Part shown: piece after piece, positions 1-13,800 of the stretch
Numbering within the stretch: the first letter of the stretch is position 1
Layout: every line of letters begins with the position of its first letter
Assembly: GCA_001643675.2 (NCBI GenBank)
Contig: LSRY02000011.1
Span: 620,001-684,000 of the forward strand
DNA: 64,000 nucleotides
Reading direction: 5' to 3'
From: Monocercomonoides exilis PA203
Taxonomy: Eukaryota > Protista > Preaxostyla
Notes under the pieces: model-generated
Told to the model about the DNA's origin: nothing
The model's database searches: none
What the model saw: only the letters and a program-made list of their open reading frames with translations
Made by a program: the position numbers and the translations under genes

Positions 1-902
1 TATAGCTGATGAATTTTTTTTCAATTGGGTTGACTCAAAAGAATTGATAATATTTCATAACAATTTTTGAAAAATTTCACAATCAAAGAAACATGTTTCG
101 TTTGTATTTTTTTGTTTTCAAAAAAATATTTAATTCGAGGGGTTATTATTGAAATAGAATTTAAACTTTAAAATTTTCAAATTGAAAATTTGTTTTGAAT
201 ATTTGCAAATGAACACTGTAAAGTGACAACACTAACAAAAGACATTTCTGTTTATCTTTCATACAAATATTCGGCTTCTGTGGTAGTTATGATGGAGATA
301 ACATATGAAAAAAGAATATTTGACTTATATGAGTAATTTTTATTGAAAAGCCACTTATGTTTAATTTTCAAAATTAATATAAATATCATATTTAATTCAA
401 ATTTCTTTTTAACGCTCATGAAAATTGCATGAAATAGTTATCAAAACATCATTATGCAGTAATTCCCATTTCATGCAATTTTCATGAGCGTTAAAAAGAA
501 ATTTGAATTAAATATGATATTTATATTAATTTTGAAAATTAAACATAAGTGGCTTTTCAATAAAAATTACTCATATAAGTCAAATATTCTTTTTTCATAT
601 GTTATCTCCATCATAACTACCACAGAAGCCGAATATTTGTATGAAAGATAAACAGAAATGTCTTTTGTTAGTGTTGTCACTTTACAGTGTTCATTTGCAA
701 ATATTCAAAACAAATTTTCAATTTGAAAATTTTAAAGTTTAAATTCTATTTCAATAATAACCCCTCGAATTAAATATTTTTTTGAAAACAAAAAAATACA
801 AACGAAACATGTTTCTTTGATTGTGAAATTTTTCAAAAATTGTTATGAAATATTATCAATTCTTTTGAGTCAACCCAATTGAAAAAAAATTCATCAGCTA
901 TA
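1..902. repeat. Long perfect inverted repeat: arms 1-435 and 468-902, 32-nt spacer; left arm cut by the window edge
   Basis: 1-60 TATAGCTGATGAATTTTTTTTCAATTGGG... is the reverse complement of 843-902. Pairing continues without a visible mismatch to ...GCATGAAAT(435) / (468)ATTTCATGC... Confidence 0.95.
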
Positions 903-1732
903 TTTTTCTTAATTTTCAATAGTGAAAAATAATAAAAGAAGGAAAATAACCCACAAAATATTTTTGGTGTTCATATTTCTTTTTCATTATTTTTAATTTT
1001 TATTGATGTGCTTTCTATTTTAAACACAGCAATAAATGTTTTTTTTAATTTTCAAACAAAAAAAAAACTGTCAAAAAAAAAAAAAAATGAATATTTAAAA
1101 CAAAAATTATACCGAATGCCAAAACATGAAAAAATTTCTATTGCTTCTTTCTTTCATAAAAAGTTTTGTGATGAATTGAGATATTCAACTTGAAAACAAT
1201 ATTTCTGAAAATGATGTATTTGATATGTTTATAAAGAAATACATGATGAGAAAATTTGTAAAAGAAGTCACAAATTCAGACAATTATAATTTGTTGTTCA
1301 TTTATACCCGATGCAAAGTTAATCTTTGGTGTTAAAGTAATTAGTTATTTTCTGCAAAATGAAATTGAAGTTTCAACAGTGAAATATTTGATAAAGCCAT
1401 AAATAAAACTTTTGGCAAACTCTCATGTACAATGAAATGAAAGAAGAAAAAATATTTTAAAATTGGAGGATCGTTCAAGAAGAAGAAAGAAACACAACGA
1501 AAAAAGACAGGAATACGTAAACATCAGTAAATTACAGAATATTTGCTGAGCAAAGCATGCTGTTAAAAAAAATTCAATCAATTTTTCATTCTCTTTAAAA
1601 AATTTACCAAAAATATAATTATGTCACTCCATGCTTCGCATTTTGTAAATCCGTCCTTTTCTATCTCTTTCTCTTTTCCGTAAAACTGATATTAAAAATA
1701 AAAAAAATAAACTAAACTAAACTTCGTCCATG

Positions 1733-2737
1733 CTACACAGAACTTTTACTGTCAATATCTGAATATCCAGCCTTTGACTTAAAGCAAGGCGAGAAAATAA
1801 ACTTTATTCCATCGACAACCAATCCTGGAAGCATTTTCCAAAATCCAACAAATGGTATAATCTCAATTCCTTCTTTCTTAAGAGCGAATTTCTAAGAAAT
1901 AACAAACAAAACAATTATTAAAAAATGAAATATATATATGCCTTGAAATAAATTGATTATAAAACAAACCCATATTGGAATTCCAGCTGCAAAATAAAGG
2001 AACAACAAAACTGAAAATATTATCAGCATCACTGATCCAAAACTTAACCCCTTTTTGGAATTCTTTGGATCATTTTTTGGATCGTCTTTTGATTTTATTG
2101 CGCATCCGTGCTCAGAAAGAAACGTTACAGTGTAAGAAGATCCTCTAAATTGAAATAATTATAGAATGTGAAAATTTAAATCAACAATAAATAAATAAAT
2201 AAAAATATTCAATAATATATACGAGGGCTTATAGGTCGTTGAGTTTTTATCAGAGCACTGAAGTACAACTTTGAACTCCGTAAAACCGTCGTTTCGAGGA
2301 TCCCCTTTTAAAATAAAATTATTTTCAAAATAAAAACTCAATCAATACTAATCAAAAAATATGAGCCAAACATGTAAATTCAATTCCTTCGCCCTCATCA
2401 AGTGGTGCTGTTTTCATAGAACTTGCAATTGCAATAGTATAACAACTATTATATGTATCATGAAGAAAAGCAGCAATGTCGTCATCTGTATCGCAATTCA
2501 TAACGCCAGATGTATCCACTGTTCCAAAGTTCCAATAAATATCATCATCATTAACATGGCCATGATACCTCAATCCGCTTAAATAAACAAAAGATTTCAC
2601 ATTTCGACAGCTCAAAGAATAAGCATAAAAAGTGCATACCTTTTCAGAATAAGTTCCGAATAATCATACTCTTTCCCACCAACAACTATATTTTTTGCGA
2701 ATGCAACCGTGAAAAAAAATAAACCAATTCCTACCAT
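1733..2737 (-). CDS. Cation-dependent mannose-6-phosphate receptor / Atg27-like type I membrane sorting receptor (5 exons)
   Basis: Spliced model: signal peptide MVGIGLFFFTVAFA, then a Cys-containing MRH-like lumenal domain (DIYWNFGT...C...C...VVLQCS...FLSEHGC). TM segment GLSFGSVMLIIFSVFVVLYFAAG. Cytosolic tail EGIEIIPFVGFWKMLPGLVVDGIKF, typical of Atg27/M6PR, with YxxPhi motif YSDI. GT-AG introns; TAG at 1733-1735. Confidence 0.75.
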
Positions 2738-3298
2738 TCTTCTTTCTGATCAAACCTTATTATTTAAATGTGATTTAAAAATTGTCATGCACTTCCGGAT
2801 AAATTCATTTTTCTCATATGCAAAAATTAGCCAATTTTTTATAATAATGACAATCTTTTAAAACAACTCAAATGTGATGAATAAGTGATCAATCAAAAAA
2901 ATATGATCTTTAATGAAAAAAGATGTTTTTATGAATAAAAAGAATTGTGTAATACATTCATCATTTTTTTCATTCATAAATTATTAAGTTAAAACATCAG
3001 ACCTGAAAATGTTTATTGATTCAAAAACAAAAGGAATATACATGAATAAAAGTTTTGAATAATCTAAAATTTGAACAGAAATATAAATATTGAACTAAAT
3101 GAGAAGAACTAATTACTAGAGAATTATAGCTCCTAATCTTTTAAATGTTAGATAATTTCTTGCAGCTTAAATCATTATGATTATTTTTCTTAAATATTCA
3201 ACTTATTCCAACTGGAAATTAATTCTTAATTTTTTCAATATAGAAGGATGAAGGAGAAAATAGTGAAGCACTCAAAAGATGGGATATATATATATGCA

Positions 3299-3300
<2 letters not shown>

Positions 3301-3331
<31 letters not shown>
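3301..3331 (+). repeat. (CAA)n microsatellite
   Basis: About 10 consecutive CAA units. Confidence 0.9.
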
Positions 3332-4831
3332 ATGCTTTCTTTACGAATCAAGGATAGAAAAAATTAAGAATTTTGAAATTATAAATGATTCACCAAAAAT
3401 CAAATCTGTGACAATTGAAAGACCGAACGAGTACAAACATATTAGAAATTAAAAATTTTTTCAAGAAATGCAATTCAAACAACTTAATTGGCTTCTGATT
3501 GCTGATGATTTTCTTTATTTCCCCAACCAAAACATATCAATCCCACGCTAATCACTGGTACAACAAACTCGATGAAAAGCAAGAACAGAGAAAAATCAAC
3601 AAATTCACTTGTTTATACAATGTTTTCATTTTCGCAAGTTACGGAAACAAATTTCTGCTTTGTTTACATTATTTGCCTTTTGAGAATTTGGATTGTTGAA
3701 AATATATCTCTTGAGATATGCATTGAACAGAAGAATGAAGTTCATTGACTGCGAAAAAGTTGTGAAATAATATGTGTAATACGAAAAGAAAGCGGCTCCA
3801 TCTTATGGCTATCCATAATACCGCACTTGAAGAACGGGGTTGAAATGACATTTTCAGTTCAGAGGAAAATTATTAAACAGCGATAGGATAGGAACTCTTT
3901 CTCGGAGAAGAAGAAAAGGCTCAAAAAACTGAGCGGCCTTTAAGAAATAAATCATCTCCTTGAAACTACACTTCATACACTTGTCCGATTTATTTGAGCG
4001 CTTTCAATATCATCATTGCTGTTATAAATCACCAGAGCGTTATCAATAATTGCTAATCTTTTACAAGTATCTCACTTCCAATGAAATAATTGTTCGTATT
4101 ATTAAGTCAATGAACAAAGAAAAGAAATGAATGTTAAAATATTTGATGATTACTATGCAAGAATCAATAAGCTCGATTATTACCTGATGTTTGGACTTCC
4201 GGAGCATTTTGAGTGTCCGTTCAATTGCACATCATGCATAATAAGACATATTCATGTGGAAAAGAGTGAAAGAAAAGAATCACGCAAAACAACGAAGATA
4301 ATTTGTTTTTCTGCAAAACAACGCTTCAAAAGCATAACGGTTGATATTGTCACTTAAGAACATAGTGAATAAGTTTTGCAATTCCCATTTGCCTTGCATT
4401 TGTCATTCTGAATAGTTCATATTGATTGATGGAAATAATTATATTTTTGTATTCCATGAAAAAGTTTGATCAATTGGATATTTTTGAAGGTTTTTGTTTG
4501 CATGTGATAAATTAAATTTTAAGTTGTTTAATTTGCTTTAAAATCAATGCTCTAATATTCATTTAATTTTAGGTTCCAACGATGTAATTTTAAATAAAAA
4601 TTAAAAGTATTCAACTATCATAATAAATTTTTTAATATTTCGGATCATTTCGATGAAAAAAGCTTTCATTTCTAATCTGAAAAACTTTTTATTGTAATTT
4701 TTCTTTTAGAATTGTTTTGGCTCTTTAAAATTATGAGTGTGTTTTCGATTTAATTTTTGAGAATGATCAAAATACCTATAATCAACAGTTTTTGATCAAA
4801 CAACTTTTCATACCAAATAGGCAGAGCGTAA

Positions 4832-7800
4832 ATGTCGTTTGTTGATCAGAGAAACATGGAAAGATTGATTGCACAGGATAATCTCAATCTTGCATTTGAT
4901 GCTCGAGCTCAATTTGACCAACTCAGGCACCATGCAAACACATTGTTTTCGATCGTCGCTGATTTGCCTTTATTTGGTGATGACTTTGAAATTCATTTTC
5001 AAGAAGTTTGACATTTATATTTTGAGCTGTTTTATTGAGATTTTATTTTTATTTAAAGGCTTTTGCTGCATTCGCAAAATTATGGACATTTCAAAGGCAA
5101 TATAGAGTATTATTAGATGCGTGCCCCAAAAAGCCTTTGAGAAGAATAGAGATAGGAGATATTGCCAGTCGCATTGGAATGTTATATGTTCAATATTATC
5201 AACGGAAAAGTGATCCAAAAGTTTTTAGTCTTTTTTATTTTTTGCTTTAAAATCAATAAAATTTTATGTTAAAATTTGCTATGCAATATGTTATATTTTC
5301 TCGCTTAATTTTAGTTTTTGAATGAAGCATTTACTTTTTATAAATCTGTTTTAGAAAGGAAGTATTATTCTGAAGCATCCACAACTGGTAATGTTGGAGA
5401 AATGATGAAAAATCTTCGATTCTTGTTTCGATTTCTTCATTGTGCTCTTTTGATGAGAGATGAAATTATGATTCAGCACATTAGACAGGAAATAACAGTG
5501 TCATTGAAATTTGCCGAATATTATTTTAATTCAGAAGGAATAGAAGGCTGGAGAAGTCTGCTTCTTCAAGCAGATCGTTTCATTAACGTAGTTCTTTCTA
5601 TTGCGCCTCCATTTTCACCTCCACACACATTCATGCACACAAAAACATTGATATCCAAGGAGAATCCGAACAGCATGATGGATGCTGTGCTGGGGATCGG
5701 AGGCTCATTGTCTTATGAAGAAGAATTGAAATTGCGCTTTGTAAGAGCACGATGCCGGGTAGCTATGCGCACACTGAAGGACACGCCCGCTCACTCCCTC
5801 CTGTTTTCACGTCTCACCAGCACGTCTCCGCTGTTCAACCCGCAGTCGCTCTATTACCAGCGCTACGACAAACACCGGCCTTACTCTGGGCACATCATCA
5901 GCTTTGGGCAGGGCTACTCGAACGCTGAGGGCCACAGGGCAGGAGTGCTGGTGGCACTGCGCTCGTCGTTTGCCACTGGGTACAATGTCGGCAGCAACAC
6001 GGCAGCAGAAGGCAAGTGCGACCCAGACTCCGACGAAAGAGAGAGAGAGAGCGGCAAAGCTGCAGACCGGAAAGGAGAGCAGAGGAAGAGCCTGTCGCTG
6101 CTGCTCGGCAGTGAGCTTGAGGAGAAGCTGATTCTTCGGCCGTACCAGGGGCTGTGGAGCGCGTGCGGGATGCTGCACAGAGGGCTGAAGAGAAGCACCG
6201 TCTCTTCGAACTACTCTCCTTCGTCTCCGATGCTTTCTATCACGCCAAACTCCGCTGCTCCTGCGAGGCCGCCTTCAACCTCATCATTCTCTTCCTCATC
6301 GTCATATCAGTTGGATGATCTGGTTGTGCCAGTCACTCTGTATAATGGTGTGGGTGTGTGCCCAGCTCCCAGAAAGAATGCGTCTTCTTCTTCTTCTGCA
6401 CTCAATTCAAATAAAGACAAGAATTGTGGTTTAACAACAACTGGAAGTGAGCGCAATGCTGTTACTCCAACAGCTCTTTATGGAAATGCAGTGGAAGAGA
6501 AAGAGAAAGAGAAGGAGAAAGAAAAGAGCAGAGGAAAAGGAGCAGAAAAGGAAGAAGAGGACGTGTTTTATTACTACACTTCATCGTCAGCTGTGCCTTC
6601 TATCTTCGCTCAGCCTTCTTCCTCTTCCTCCTCCTCCTCCTCTTCTTCCACAACCTCTCCAAGCTCCTCAGCTTCTTCCTCATCTGCACACACGCCCACA
6701 CTTGTGACTCTATCACCTCTTCCGTTTCCCCTTCCCCCTCTTCCTGTCTCCTTCTCTGATTATGTCATCTCTCCAATGCCTTCCACCTGCTGCGTGGCAG
6801 ACGCCTGCTCCCACAGCAAGTTCTCTTCTCCTTCCTTCTCCTCCTCTTCCTCTTCCTCTTCTTCCTCTTCTTCTTCTGCCATATCCATCCACTCCTCCTG
6901 CACTTCTTTTCCTTCTGTTGCGCTGAATGAATGCTTCCTCGTAAGCGGCGGGTCTGTTTCTGTGTCATCTTCTGCAGCGTCGCTTGGCAGAGTCACGTTG
7001 GATGCCCTCAGAATCGCGCAGGCGCTGCAGCTGTTTGTGATGGAGGTGAAGAAGTGCGAGAAGGAGGAAGAGAGGGAACGGAAGGAAGAGAGAGAAAGAG
7101 TGGAGAGAAGAGAGAAGAGAGAGAGAGAAAGAGAGAAGGAGAGATTAAACCAGACGCGCTCGAGTGGAAGTTCTTCTTCTTCTTCTTCTCCTTCATCCAC
7201 ATCCCCCCAGTCATATCATGCATTTCACCCAGCCGGCTTCTCTGTCTCTCCTTCACTCGGCGTGCTGTCTGGTGGGCCCAGCACTTCATCTTATATCCAA
7301 TCATCTCCTTCCTCCTCCTCTTCTTCTTCTTCTTCTTCCTCTTCCTCTAAATCTTCCTCTCTGAAGAGCAAAGCCAGCAGCCGGCAGCGCCGCATGCAGT
7401 TCATCTTCCCCGAGCCTGCGCCATCGCCTACTGAAGAAGCACTTTCCTCTATGCTATCCAAGCAGAGCGGAGAAATGAGTGATAAAACCAGAACCGGAAA
7501 TGGAGTCACATTGCTGTCGAATTCAATGACGTCTTCAGAGCTGAAGGAAGGAAGCGAGCAAAGTTCACACGCGATGCCGTTCTCACAGGCAAAAGAGGCA
7601 GAGTCACCCGAGGCGAAAGAAGGAGAAGGAGACAGGGCGATGGCGATGATGATGAAAGACCAGGAGTCATCATCAGCATCAGCTTCATCAGCCTCATCTT
7701 CGACAGAGCCATCGTCTTCTCCTTTCTCTTCTTCCACAATGTCTGCTCCGTATCCTCCAAACATGCTCCCGTTCTTCAATCATTCATCAACTCCTTCTTC

Positions 7801-10800
7801 TCCTTCTCAACCATCATCATCAACATCACCTTCTTCTTCTTCTTCCTCTTCTTCCTCTTCTTCTTCCAACCCACCCCTGACCCACCCAGCCTTCTCCATC
7901 TCCTCTCCATACAACCCTTCCGCCTGCACCTCGTCCTCTGCCCCTCTTCTCACCCCTTCTCCAATCCCTTCGCCTTCTCCTTCTGTCTCTCCTCATCCAA
8001 TCCCCATTGCAGGCGCCATGTCTTCACAGATCATCTCAAACACCTCCCTTTTTACCCCTACCCTCCTCACTCACCCAGACACCCCAGCTTCTGCTGAGTC
8101 TGTGCACTCTGGAAAGAACATGATGCATTCACAGGAACAGGGCGGATCGCACTCTATGCGTGGTTCGTCATCCTCATCTTCTTCTCCCTCTTCCTCTTCT
8201 TCTTCTGCAATCACCCCGCCACGTGGTTCAAATACTCCATCCAGTTCTGCTACATCGCCTATGTCTCTGTCTGGGTCTTCCTCTTCTCCTTCCTCTTCTT
8301 CTTCCTCATCATCATCATCACAATCACTGAATAATGCTTCTCCTTCTCGTCACTCTGAAGGTGACTCAACCATCAACAATGGACAGATGTCTGGCCAACA
8401 CTCGCACTTTGGATCTCTCTCGCCTTCTCATAACAGTCAAGAGCGCTCACCTCAGATGGCACAAAGAGGAGCTTCTGGTTTATCTTCTTCAGTTTCTTCT
8501 TCAGCTTCTTCTTCAGCAGCCATGCCTCGCTCTCCTTCAAACATTACTGGCAATAATAATAACAATAATTCAGCATTCAGTCAAGGTGCTCCGCATTCTC
8601 CATCGCTGCATCTGCACACGTCTGCCTCAGCCTCTTCTCTTCCCTTGGCATCCACCTCAGCTGGCTCTGCCACAGGTTCATCATCATCCTCTTCCTCCTC
8701 CTCTTCTTCCTCTTCCACCCCTTCCGCTTCTGCTCTTTCTGCTTCATATCTGATGTCCTCAATCCCACTCTCTCAGACTCTCTCTTCCCATGTCTCTTCT
8801 CAGATCACTGCGGGTAATGGAATCCCTCTTGTAACCAACCCCCGTATGTTTCTGCTGCCCAACCCGCCTTTCCTGTCGCTGAACTCAACACTCGCACAGG
8901 CATCGGCGTTGTCTTCGGGAGCGCAAAGGAACGAGAGAGGGGTGGAGAATGTGACGCTGATATATCTGTCTGCTGATACACACCCGTCGTGGATAGGGAA
9001 GAGCACGTATCAGACGAGCAGCGCGGGGAAAAGCAAGAATGGAGGAGAAGGAGAAGGTAAGTTTGATGAGAATGAGAAGGAGAGAGAAATGGAGAGAGAA
9101 AGAGGGAAGGAAGGGAAAGGAGTGAGTGATACTATACTCATGTCTACACCTGCTCCTGCGAAGTCTTCATCGGAACATTCATATTCCTCAATGAGTTCTT
9201 CTTCTTCCTCCTCTTCTTCTTCACAGTCTGGTTCCCATTCTCCAATGAAGCCAGGAGCCAGCACAAGCTCTATTCCAAATGCAGATCCCAAAGAAGAAGA
9301 AGCAGAAGCAGCAGAAGAAGAAGACGCAGCACCTCTGATGCTGTCTGAGATGATCATCCCATCAACAGCATCACATTTGTACATCAAGCCTTATCTGCCT
9401 GTTGTGGCAACAACATTGTCAACTGCAGACTTTAAGGACAAAATGACAGGAAACATGAAAAAAAGTGCTGAAGCTGGCAAAAAAGCTGGAAAGAAGAAGG
9501 AAAAGAGACTTCGCAACACGAAAAAAGGGAAGAAAGTTAAAAAAGAAGCCAAACAAATCATTCAGCCAGGGTTCGCATCACCCGAAGCAAGCAAAGAATT
9601 CGTCCCAATCAACCCAACCGCGAGGACATCCAGTGAAAGTTCTCCATTTGTACTGCAATCTTCGCTGTCTCATCCACAGCCGCAGTCAGCCGGTCAGGAG
9701 ATTCCTTCAATCGGCCAGTCAACACCCACAGCACGGTCGCTGGAAGACGGAGGCAAAGGAGTGCTGAGTGGCATTCTTGCAGCTACAAACACACCAATCA
9801 GCGGGTTTACTCTGCCATCTCCTTCAAAACAGATTAATCAATTGGCAGGGAAACAGGAAACTTCTTCAACCACAGTGCTGTTGAAGCCCTCAGAAGACGG
9901 AAGCCCGCAGAATCTGCATGTGCCCGAGGCACGTGGAGTGAGCAGCGCTGAGGCTGATGTGCCGATGGATGAGTATTCACTGGTGGGTGATGGGAAAAGA
10001 GGAGGAGAAGGAGAGAACGAAGAGGAGATTGAAGAAGATGGTATTGGTGTTGGAGGCGTGCAGAAGGCACCAGTTACATTGATCTCAGGCAAAATGACTG
10101 ATGAAGCAGCACTTTCAATGAAGAAAAAGAAAAAGAAGAAGAAGTCGAAGAAGTCTAAGAAGAGCACAAAGATAAGGAGTTCAATTCTTCCTTCTCCCCA
10201 TCAGCTGAAGATGGCAGGTCAGACCAAACACGCCAAGGGCTCACACAAAAGCACCCACAAGCCAAAGAGCAAGCAATCTGAGCGAGGCGCCTCTGGTTTT
10301 GTGTCTCCACAGCACCGTTCGCCTTCAGAGAAACATGGGCTGATCTCCATTTCGAAGCACAAGCCAGTGCCACTGCCGTCGTATGGGGTGAATGTGGATG
10401 GCTCTCTTGTGGAGATGAATCCACTTGTGCTGTCGATGCAGTCAGACCTCTTCTCACCCACTCCGAACACAGCCACAGAAGGGTCCAGCCAGCTGCTTGT
10501 GTCTGGCTCTCTCTCATCTGACTATGCAAGCTCAGCTGAAGACGAGAAGGAGAAGAGCGATCAACTGGGATATCTGGACAGCAGCATGAAGGGCAGTGCA
10601 GAAAAATCGATGTTCCACCGCCATCACAAGGGAGTGTCACACAGAGACCGACGAGGCGACAGGAGAAGACGAAGGCACCACCACAGACACAGACACAGCG
10701 GGAAACGAAGCGAGGACGAAGAAGGCACTGAGACACAGCAGCAGGAAGATCTGTTTGACGCAATCACAGGTGTGCCTTACATCACCGCCCCTGCGTTCCC

Positions 10801-13800
10801 TCAGATCATCCAGCCACAATCCTTCTCTGCTGCCCCGCCAGACCCGTCCTCCCCATCGCCTGCACCTTCCTCACCACTCCCTGGGCAGAGTGGCTATGTT
10901 GACGTGGACTCTGCTGAGTCTCCCGCACATCTTGTCAACATCTCTGCAACTGCCTCGCCTGCAATTGTTCAGGCAGCACGTCCTTCTTCTACAGCATCTG
11001 GGCTGTCTACGGGCTCTGAATCCCCTTCGTCCGTGCCTTCTGTGTCGAGTGAGCTGTCCCGCTCCTATCAGCAGCGCGTGGGGCTATCTGAATCTGTTGA
11101 CTCGTCGCTAAGATCTTCATCGATGCTGATGCAGGCACACGATGCAGAGAACGAGGACTTTGGGTCGAGATTGGCAGCAGGTGGGAGAGGAGAAGAGGAT
11201 GAGGAAAAAGAAGAACAGGAAAAAGAAGAACGAGAAGAACAAGGAAATGCACAACTGCCAAAGAAGGCATTTGCGATGGCGTTTGAAGAAGACGATCTGT
11301 CGCCCATTAAGCCGACTATCATTGCGCCTTCTGTGCGGCAGGGGGCTCAGCTGCAGCAGGGATACGATCCTCTTCTGCAGCAGCAAGAGCTCCAACGAGG
11401 AAGAAGAAGAGAAGAAGAAGAAGACGAAGTTGATGAACTGGCAGAAAGAATCGAACTTGAAGGGCAAGATGATCGATCTCTTTCTCTCTCTCGCTCTCGT
11501 TCAGAACTGCGGGGTGCCCGCCACGCTCGAAGTGGAAGCAGAAGCCATCACCGCAGCCATCGCAAGCACAGAAGCTGCCCTCGCCCACACAGGCAGCACC
11601 ACCGCTGTGCACGCCACCAGCCGATCCACGCAGCCAGAGAGAAGAGGAAGAGGCTAATGAAGAAGCTGGAGGAGAGGAGAAAGAAAGAGAGGGAGATGAA
11701 CAACGACGATATTATGAAGCCGCTGCTTCCGTTTGGTAGGCGCACGAGCAGCGATGTGAGTGGGAGCCAGTCAAGGCGGATGAGCGGGGGAGGCTCCTTT
11801 GACGAGGCAGAGATGGACGAAGAGCTGGAGAGAGGGCGGGCACACGGCAAGGAGCACACGATGTTCACGCCGATGACACACAACAGACTGTCTAATGGCT
11901 CACCACTGATTCTCACAGGAACTCCGCCCTCACGAAACTCCCTGAGAGGAGATGTGGACATTGAGAGAGAAAGAGAGAGAGAGGCAATTGAGCAGCCGTC
12001 GATCTTCACACCCGGTTTCTTCACTCGCCGGCCGTCGCTTTCGCTCTTTCCGAAGCTGGCGCCTGTTGTTGTCATTGACAGCAGATCGAACCTGTCGCAG
12101 GCTGTTTTGACATCAGATGAGAATGAGAATGAGAACGAGGATGAAGGCAGCGTGGGGAAAGGACTGGAGAGAGAGAAGCAGCAGGAGATGGCAACGACAG
12201 TGGCTGAGGTTGATAGAGAAGAAGAAGAAGAAAGAGAAGAAGAAGGAAGGAAGAAAGCGTCAGACAAAGATGAGGACGACAGGCTTGGCATCACATCTTT
12301 GCACACTCCTGTATTTGACACTGGAGTCGAAACAAAACATTCTCCTTTGTCTTCTTCTTCTGAGCCGCCGAAGTCTGTGTCTGTTGCAAGCGACCAGTCA
12401 ACAGACAGCGATGCACCAATTCTCCGTCCTATTTCTCCGAGCAGAGTGCAGCAGCCGATGATTGTGCAGCCTTCGTTCTTCTCACAGCCTGTCTCACGAA
12501 ACACGTTTGGGCTGGGAGAGGGAGATGAGAATGACGATGAGATGGAAGAAGAAGAAGAGGAGGAGGAGATGGATGATGAAATAGAGGAAGGAGAGGATGA
12601 GGATGAGGAAGAGGAAGAGGATGAAGAGGAAGATGAAGAAGATGAGGAAGAAGATGAAGAAGAAGAGGGTTCTGAATCGAGCGAAGATGTGTTTGAAGGC
12701 AGCGGAGACGGAGAATACAACGAAAGACGTCTTCATTCAAGCGAAGGAGATGAGGACGAAGGTTCGTATCCATCTGCTTCTTCGCCAACAGAAATGGCAG
12801 AAGACGATGATGAAGATGAGGAGGACATTGCGAACATGACCGAACACTCAGTCACTGTGCATACCGACTCCTCTTCTTGCTCTTGCACATTCTCTTCGAC
12901 TTCTGAAGAAGATGACGAAAGCGAATTTGGTTCATCTTCTTCTGGCTCTTCTGCTTCGGAAGCGTCTTCTTCGAACTCTGAATCCAATGAAGGGAGAAGG
13001 AGAAGAAGGAGAAGAGGCGGAAAAGGGAAAGGAAAAACGAGCAACATCATCAGAAAAGTTCGAGGCGAATATGGAAACTTCGATGGCAGCAATGGCGGAG
13101 ATGATGAATACGAAGAAGAAGAAGACGATGGAGAAGATGGAGAAGGAAGTGAATCTGACATCGTGTCACGAGGCGATGACAGAGCAAGAGAGCTGGCGGA
13201 AGAGCGGGACTTCAACGACGAATTCAGTGTGCTTGAGATTGAGCGGACACACGCGCCGTTTGGAGTGGAAGAGTACAACGGCCCCCCGTCTCACATGGAC
13301 CCTGCCACCACAGCACAGATGAGCTCGTCTTTAATGTCCACTCAAACAGGCTTCTTCTCCTCAATGCTCAATTCAGGCTCAAATGCGTTCTCTTCTTCAT
13401 CTTCATCTTCATCTTCTTATTCTTCTTCTGCCTCTTCTTATTCCGGAATGCCTCTCTCTGCTTCCTCCGCAGGGCCAGCTGGTTCAACTGGCCTTTCCTT
13501 CGGAAGCGTCCCGACGATGGGTCAATTTGGCACACCTTCATCCTCTTTTGCTCTGTCTTCTGTGATGCGCTCGTCACAGCCTGTTGCATCGTCTCCGTTT
13601 GTGACGACTTCTTCTTCTTTCTCTTCTGCTTCGTCTGCTTTTGCCTCGTCTGCAGCTGCGTCTGTGCCAATGTCCTCTGGCTCCATCGGCGTGTCTCCAT
13701 TCGGTGCAGGTGCTTTGTCGTCAATGTCAGGAGCAGCCAGCAGCTACTCATCGACCTCTCCTTCTTCTTTCTCTACTTCTCCTTCTCTCTCCTCTGCCCC

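Noticed and set aside
903-1660. Short AT-rich ORFs (e.g. 1008-1193) and similar ones at 23137-23677, 24732-24923 and 57898-58143
   Set aside because: Compositionally intergenic (F/I/K/N-rich), with no motifs or convincing splice structure.
3700-4100. Possible decayed RNase H of a DIRS/retroelement (IHNTALEERG ... IIIAVINHQSVIN/IIANLL)
   Set aside because: The similarity is faint and needs several frameshifts and stops; it cannot be supported without a tBLASTn or HMM search.
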